This document shows, in pieces, positions 59,061 to 64,000 of a stretch of DNA of 64,000 bases. The stretch is taken from the NCBI GenBank assembly GCA_977017575.1, contig CDRNVI010000164.1:248001-312000 (forward strand), written 5' to 3'. The notes beneath the pieces are model-generated. The model did no database searches. It was given only the letters and a program-made list of their open reading frames with translations, and had not been told where the DNA came from. The stretch comes from Paramoeba atlantica. Lineage: Eukaryota; Protista; Discosea. Every line of letters starts with the position of its first letter. Position 1 is the stretch's first letter. The translations under genes were made by a program, and so were the position numbers.

Positions 59061-60380
59061 ATGCCTACATGCCCGATTTGTCAAAAGGACTTTGACTCCT
59101 ATAGCGCTTTATTTCAACATAAATCTCTTTGTAATGCCCAGAAAGATGCGATTGAAGCGGAGCGCCTGAAAAGAGAAAAAGAGTTCGAAGAAGCTCATAG
59201 AATTGTTATTCCAGAGGAAGAACAAGAAAAAATTCGAAATTGGAAATTTGTACCCGGTGATTGTAAAGCAGGAGATCCTCGAAACTCTGTTGAAGATCCT
59301 CGATTTTACCATCACATTCAAGGTGGTCTTGGTTCTGATGGAGTGTTGGTGATTGAACGCACAGAGGGTGATGTAGTGATCGTAAAACCCGTCGCTGAAG
59401 CTGAAGGTGAAATCTTTTCTTCTCTTTTGTTTTGTAGGTTGGTTCAAGAGATGGGGCAGAAAGGAGGAGAAGAAGAAGAAGAAGAAGAAGAGAAAAAGAA
59501 GGATGAGGATTTTCTTCTCCCTTCTTTGTTGGTGAAGGTACCCAAGATCCGACCCCTCCACTGCAAGTCTTCTGAGTTTGAAAAGTTTTGTACAAAGTTG
59601 AAATTACTTGAAAAGTATAAAGAAGGGGGAGCAAACCAGTCTTACATGAATCGAATCTCACAGAAATCATTCCTTCTTGTAATTGAATTTATGAGAGGGG
59701 ACTCAATTTACTCGATTGGTCCGAACAAATTTTTCGAAAAATGGAATGAAAAGAGCCTTGCAGGAGTTGGAATGGTGATTGCTTTGGATATGTTGATCAA
59801 TAACTGGGATCGATTTCCTGTTCCTCAGCTTTGGGAAAATGAAGGAAATCCTGGGAATTTGATGATTCTTCAAAAAAATAGATCATCTGATGTTGGTGAG
59901 GAGAAGAATTCAAGCGAGTCGCCCTCAACAACAACAGTAGTAGTTGCGATCGATCAATCCACCACCCCAATTGTTCATGACGGAATGAGAGAGAAATACT
60001 TTTCGAAAGTTCGACAAATGATCGAAGAACCAGACTTTTCTTGGTTTGCCCCATACATTCAAAGTTTGTGTGGTGTTAAAAAACAAGGGGGGGTTGTGGT
60101 GGAGGGTGCTGTTGCAGCAGCAGCTTTTCTCTCAGATGAAGAAATGAGAACCCAAGTGAGAATAGGGTTTAAGTTGGTGATTGATTGGATCGCACAAAAT
60201 TGTGAGAAATTGGGAGATTTGGTTGAGAAAATTGCTCAAGAAACCGAACAAACGATGAAAGAAGCGGTGAAAACGCAAGACAAAAAAAGAGAACAATACA
60301 CTCTGAATCTCGAAAAACGGATTAAAGGATATGAACAATTTCTCCACGAAATAATGAAATTAGTTGCAGAAAAAAAATAA
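59061..60380 (+). CDS. Actin-fragmin kinase-like atypical kinase with N-terminal C2HC zinc finger; intronless, 439 aa
   Basis: GGLGSDGV, VIVKP, LDMLINNWDRFP..WENEGNPGNLM, VVAID resemble the Physarum AFK catalytic domain; N-terminus CPICQKDF..HKSLC. Confidence 0.75.
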   Translation: MPTCPICQKDFDSYSALFQHKSLCNAQKDAIEAERLKREKEFEEAHRIVIPEEEQEKIRNWKFVPGDCKAGDPRNSVEDPRFYHHIQGGLGSDGVLVIERTEGDVVIVKPVAEAEGEIFSSLLFCRLVQEMGQKGGEEEEEEEEKKKDEDFLLPSLLVKVPKIRPLHCKSSEFEKFCTKLKLLEKYKEGGANQSYMNRISQKSFLLVIEFMRGDSIYSIGPNKFFEKWNEKSLAGVGMVIALDMLINNWDRFPVPQLWENEGNPGNLMILQKNRSSDVGEEKNSSESPSTTTVVVAIDQSTTPIVHDGMREKYFSKVRQMIEEPDFSWFAPYIQSLCGVKKQGGVVVEGAVAAAAFLSDEEMRTQVRIGFKLVIDWIAQNCEKLGDLVEKIAQETEQTMKEAVKTQDKKREQYTLNLEKRIKGYEQFLHEIMKLVAEKK

Positions 60381-60545
60381 AAGGAAAAAAAAAAAAAAGA
60401 ATGAGTTTGATTTAAAAAAAAAAAAAAGAAACAATTTGAGAAAGTTTCTGAACAAAAAATTTTACATTTGTCAGAAGCTTTGTTGTGAACAAAAGAAAAA
60501 ACAAAAGAAAAGAGGAAAAAAAAAATTCAAAACAAAAAAATAATA

Positions 60546-60618
60546 AGCCACTAAAGGGGCTCGAACCCTTGACCACTAGGTTAAAAGCCTAGCGCTCTAC
60601 CGACTGAGCTATAGTGGC
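60546..60618 (-). tRNA. tRNA-Lys(TTT)
   Basis: GCCACTATAGCTCAGTCGGTAGAGCGCTAGGCTTTTAACCTAGTGGTCAAGGGTTCGAGCCCCTTTAGTGGCT forms a full cloverleaf. Confidence 0.97.
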
Positions 60619-60813
60619 TAACTTGAAAAGAAAGTTATTTTTCAAATTTTTATAATTTTTGATAAGATCTCGTGACTTTTTTCAGTTTTTTTTGGGACCC
60701 CATTTTTTAGAGATTGGGACCAAGAAATAGCCTCAAGGCTCAATTTGTCGAGCGTCTCACTTTTTTCTTTTTTATTTTTGCTTTTCGAGTTTGCGAAAAA
60801 ATCAAAACACAAA

Positions 60814-61239
60814 ATGGCCAATTGCGATGATCCCTCTCTTGTTGAAGCTTACGAATCACTCCGTGGAAAGGATGTGAACTGGGTCTGCATTGGATACGGA
60901 CAAGGAAACAAATTGGTTGTCCAAGCCAAGGGAAATGACGGTGCTGCTGGACTCCAAGGCGCCCTCGATGATAAACAATGCCAATACGGAATGGTCAAAG
61001 TGAAGTATGTTGCTGATGAAGATTCCGAGCTTGGTTTCACTGACTCCGTTCGTGAGAAGTACGCCTTTTTCACTTTTGCTGGTGAGAACGCTTCCGCTCT
61101 CAAGCGAGGAAAGATTTCTGTCCACAAGGCCGATTTGAAGAAAATCTACCGTGAGTTTGCCATCGAAATTCAAGCCTCTGAGAAATCTGAATTGAGTGAG
61201 GAGAATATCCTCGGACTTATCAAGAGGGTGAACTACTAA
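60814..61239 (+). CDS. Coactosin-like ADF-H domain actin-binding protein, 141 aa
   Basis: EAYESLR..VNWVCIGY, LDDKQCQYG, KYAFFTFAGENASALKRGKISVHKADLK..FAIEIQASEKSEL. Confidence 0.88.
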   Translation: MANCDDPSLVEAYESLRGKDVNWVCIGYGQGNKLVVQAKGNDGAAGLQGALDDKQCQYGMVKVKYVADEDSELGFTDSVREKYAFFTFAGENASALKRGKISVHKADLKKIYREFAIEIQASEKSELSEENILGLIKRVNY

Positions 61240-61597
61240 ACAAAAAAAAAAAAAATAAATGAAAAATTATTGACAACAAATTATTTTTATGAAAAATTGA
61301 ATTTTTGGTTTTTGTGTGGTTTTTGTTTTATTTTTTTTTTGTCTTTTTGTCAGTTTTTATCATCCTCTGCAGAAAAAAGAATAAAAGAAAAACTCCAACA
61401 ACTTTCGGTCACAATTTCATCCCAAATTTTCTCAGTTTCTTGCGGCTTTATGATACAGCAATTACCCCTCCTTCGCAATTAAAATTTTGTTATGATTCCA
61501 TTCCACAAAATAAATAAGAGAGAATTTTTTTTGGGAGTATCCAAAGGGGATGATGGTCAGGCATTTCTCTCTCTCATTTTTCTCCCTCCTCTCATCC

Positions 61598-62161
61598 TCA
61601 CTTGCCCCCAACTTTTCTCAGTTTGACCGCTGTTGGATCAAACATGCCAATTTGCGGACCAAGTTGTTGGCTCAATTGCCTCACTGTTTTCTTTGGTTCT
61701 GGTGGGGGTGTTGAAGGTTTTTCTTCCTCTTCTTTGCTATCATCTTGTTCTTGGAGTTGTTCTTTGGCTTCTTCTTTCGTCTCGGAAGGACGTTCCAAAA
61801 GTTTGCGAGGGTTGGTTGGTCTCCTAACAAACCGCCTTGGTCTCCCTGGATGGAGTGAATTGTTGTTTGAATACAAATAAAAAATGAATCTCTTCTCTCT
61901 CTCTTTCTTTGTTTTTCCCTTCATTAATAATTAAACATTTTTTCTTTGAAGAAAAAAAAAAAAAAAACCTGCTGTGATACTCGGTAACTGGTTCTCTTTG
62001 GCATCGGCGCTTGGTGGTGGGAGATTTTGTTGGATAAGGTTGGCGCTCTCTTGTTGAGGAGGGGGTTGGCATCCCCAATCCCATACCCAACTGACGTAGC
62101 TGGTCAAGTAATTGTACCAAGATTCTTGGCCATTTTGTTCTGGAGCTGAATCGTCCGCCAT
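61598..62161 (-). CDS. Small protein with CPI-like (capping protein interaction) motif and C-terminal WH2-like motif, 2 exons
   Basis: ATG 62161; splice ACA GCA G|GT...CCAG|GG AGA creates LPSITAGRPRRFVRRP; ends GMFDPTAVKLRKVGGK-TGA. Confidence 0.65.
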
Positions 62162-62335
62162 ATTACTTTGGTGAAAGTCGGAAAAAAGAAAACAAAAAAA
62201 AAAACAAGAAGTTCCAACCAAAAAAGATAAGGAAGATATTCTTCGGCGAAGAACTTTTTGTTTGTGTTGAAAAAAGACTTTTTGTTTTTCAAATAATTGA
62301 GATGAGGGAACACAATTTTATTTTGAGATCTCAAC

Positions 62336-63041
62336 TTAAGAAGAAGCAGGGGCTTTCAGGCTCTTTGCTTGGCGCCCTGGAACAACAAAAAGAGTCCGTC
62401 AGAAAAGAAAAATTTGAAAACTACAAAAAGAAAAAAGAGAAAAACACATAAAAGAAGAGAAGGAAAGACACAAAAGAAGAAAGGAAGGTGGCAAAAGGTG
62501 GTGTGGAGTGTGTGTGGTGGTGGGCGGCAAAACAAAACAAAAAAAAAACGCCTTTCCCGAAAAAAAAAAAAAAAAAAAAAAAAAAACAAAACCTTCGCGG
62601 AAGTGGTTCTTAAAACGACGGGAAAGGGTGGACATGTATCTCATTCTACCAGTTCCAGTTGTTCGTCGCCTCAGAGCTTTGTATGACCAGTTGTCTGTGT
62701 TTTCTTTTGTCAATAAAAAAGGTAAAAAAAAAAAAAATAAAAAAGGAAAGGGATACATTTTCGCATTTTAGCGGAAGGGTATCCACATGATGCACAAGTG
62801 GACTTTTGAACGTGGTAAGATCTCTGCCCACAGCGACGACACATAGTGTGTGTCTTGTTGTGGCGCTTTCCAAAGCTTTGAGTTCCCTTGGTCTAAAAGG
62901 GAGCTTAAATGAGAGAGAGTTTTTTTCTCAAGTTTGAAAACAAAAAAACAGCAACAAAAAAGACAATAGATTGGAGATTGTCTTTTTAAAACGGGTCTCT
63001 CTCTTGAGACAAAGAATAAAAGAAAAAAAGCCTCTTACCAT
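62336..63041 (-). CDS. RPL37: 60S ribosomal protein L37 (eL37), 4 exons
   Basis: ATG-only exon, then [48 protein letters not shown]. Confidence 0.97.
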
Positions 63042-63162
63042 TGTGCACCTCCAAGAAAGAGAAAAAGGGAAAAAAGGAAAAAAGGGGAACGACGTTCGGC
63101 TAAATCTCCCCGTTTTTTAGGGCGTTAAAATTGACTTCATCGAATTTTGTGTTTTTGATAAT

Positions 63163-64000
63163 TTATTTTTTTTTTTTATTCTTGGGTTTTTTGGTGTTGG
63201 AAAAGGGACAGATAACTTCCACCCCCTTCATTTTGTGTTGGTTCAACAAAGAAAGAGAAAAGATAAAATAAGAAGATGAGGTGTGTTGCAAATGCAAGGG
63301 CTCCTGCGACCATTCCACTCTGTTGTTTTGGAGCTTTCGTGAAAAAATAGTAACCCTACCACAAAAAAAAAAAATGAGAATTTTGCCTCTCTTCGAAAAA
63401 AGACCCACCTTGTTTGTTTTGGAAAACAAAAAAAAAAGAAAACAAAAAAGAAATCTAACCAAAGAAGAGGCAGAGAGAACACCAAAAATCACAAAAAATG
63501 TCAGAGATATGATTGTTGGAAGGTGAATCAGGTTTGGAAGGAGACTCAAACAAAATCCAATCATTGAGTAACCCTGAAAGAAAAATAAGAAGATGAAAAC
63601 CCAGACAAAAAGAGGTCATTTGGAGGAAAAATAAAAAGACACTCACCGAGACAGAAAGGATGGTTAAGAAGGAAAGTTCCATCGTCATTGCATATGAGAT
63701 AGCAAAGTACCAAAAAGATGACATCGACCAATATGAAAAAGAGAGTCCAAAAGCCGCTCCCATTAAAGTACCATCTTGCTATTTTGGAAAAAAAGATTAG
63801 TGAAAAAGTTTATTTAAATCCTTACTTTTCTTCTTTTTCTTTTTCTCTTTCTCTCACACTTTTTAAAAAGAGAGAAATGACAAACCAAACGAGTCGCTGA
63901 AGCTTTTAAGGTAAACATGATGATCGATGTTAAAGTAAAAACAACCATTGTAGCTCCATAGAGATCAGGTGCTGTTCCATCAGAGTCTCGCTTGAAACCT
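63163..64000 (-). CDS. 3' part of a multi-exon, multi-pass membrane protein of unknown family (runs off window; end uncertain)
   Basis: Hydrophobic exon-like segments YGATMVVFTLTSIIMFTL, GAAFGLSFSYWSMSSFWYFAISYAMTMELSFLTILSVSVSVFLFFL and LPTIISLTFFVIFGVLSA, separated by U-rich GT-AG introns. Confidence 0.5.

Noticed and set aside
2404-61239. Non-standard genetic code or stop-codon reassignment
   Set aside because: TGA, TAA and TAG each terminate conserved proteins at the expected position, and long intronless genes have no internal stops.

Overview
AT-rich, gene-dense, intron-containing eukaryotic DNA. An amoebozoan-type protist is the best guess (actin-fragmin-kinase-like gene, CHASE histidine kinases, coactosin), but this is inference. 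The standard genetic code fits: TAA, TAG and TGA all terminate genes. I traced about 27 protein-coding loci and 4 tRNAs. Housekeeping and other single-copy genes: VPS13 3' end, sterol-methyltransferase-like, CaMK-type kinase, LAMTOR4-like, prohibitin, CPSF3, RPSA, RPL37, GH27 alpha-galactosidase, DH-PH RhoGEF, coactosin. Three duplication-driven regions stand out. (1) A ~13.6 kb tandem array of three RING-Bbox-Bbox-CC-NHL (TRIM-NHL) genes, head-to-head with an older paralog. Amino-acid differences concentrate on the predicted ligand face of the NHL propeller. The spacers carry tRNA-Gly cassettes, one with a GCC-to-CCC anticodon switch and compensatory stem changes. (2) A ~10.3 kb inverted pair of CHASE hybrid histidine kinases with near-identical catalytic parts but diverged sensor and linker parts. 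(3) A CPSF3 gene whose exon 3' ends, with their donor sites, are repeatedly echoed into microsatellite-filled introns. Unusual architectures include a CDP-alcohol phosphotransferase-like domain lacking catalytic aspartates fused to an intact cytidylyltransferase, a membrane domain fused to a RETSAT-like reductase, a VPS13 ending in a CaaX box, and a small CPI-motif/WH2-like protein beside coactosin and the AFK-like kinase. Exon boundaries were traced by eye; family calls come from motif recognition, not database searches.
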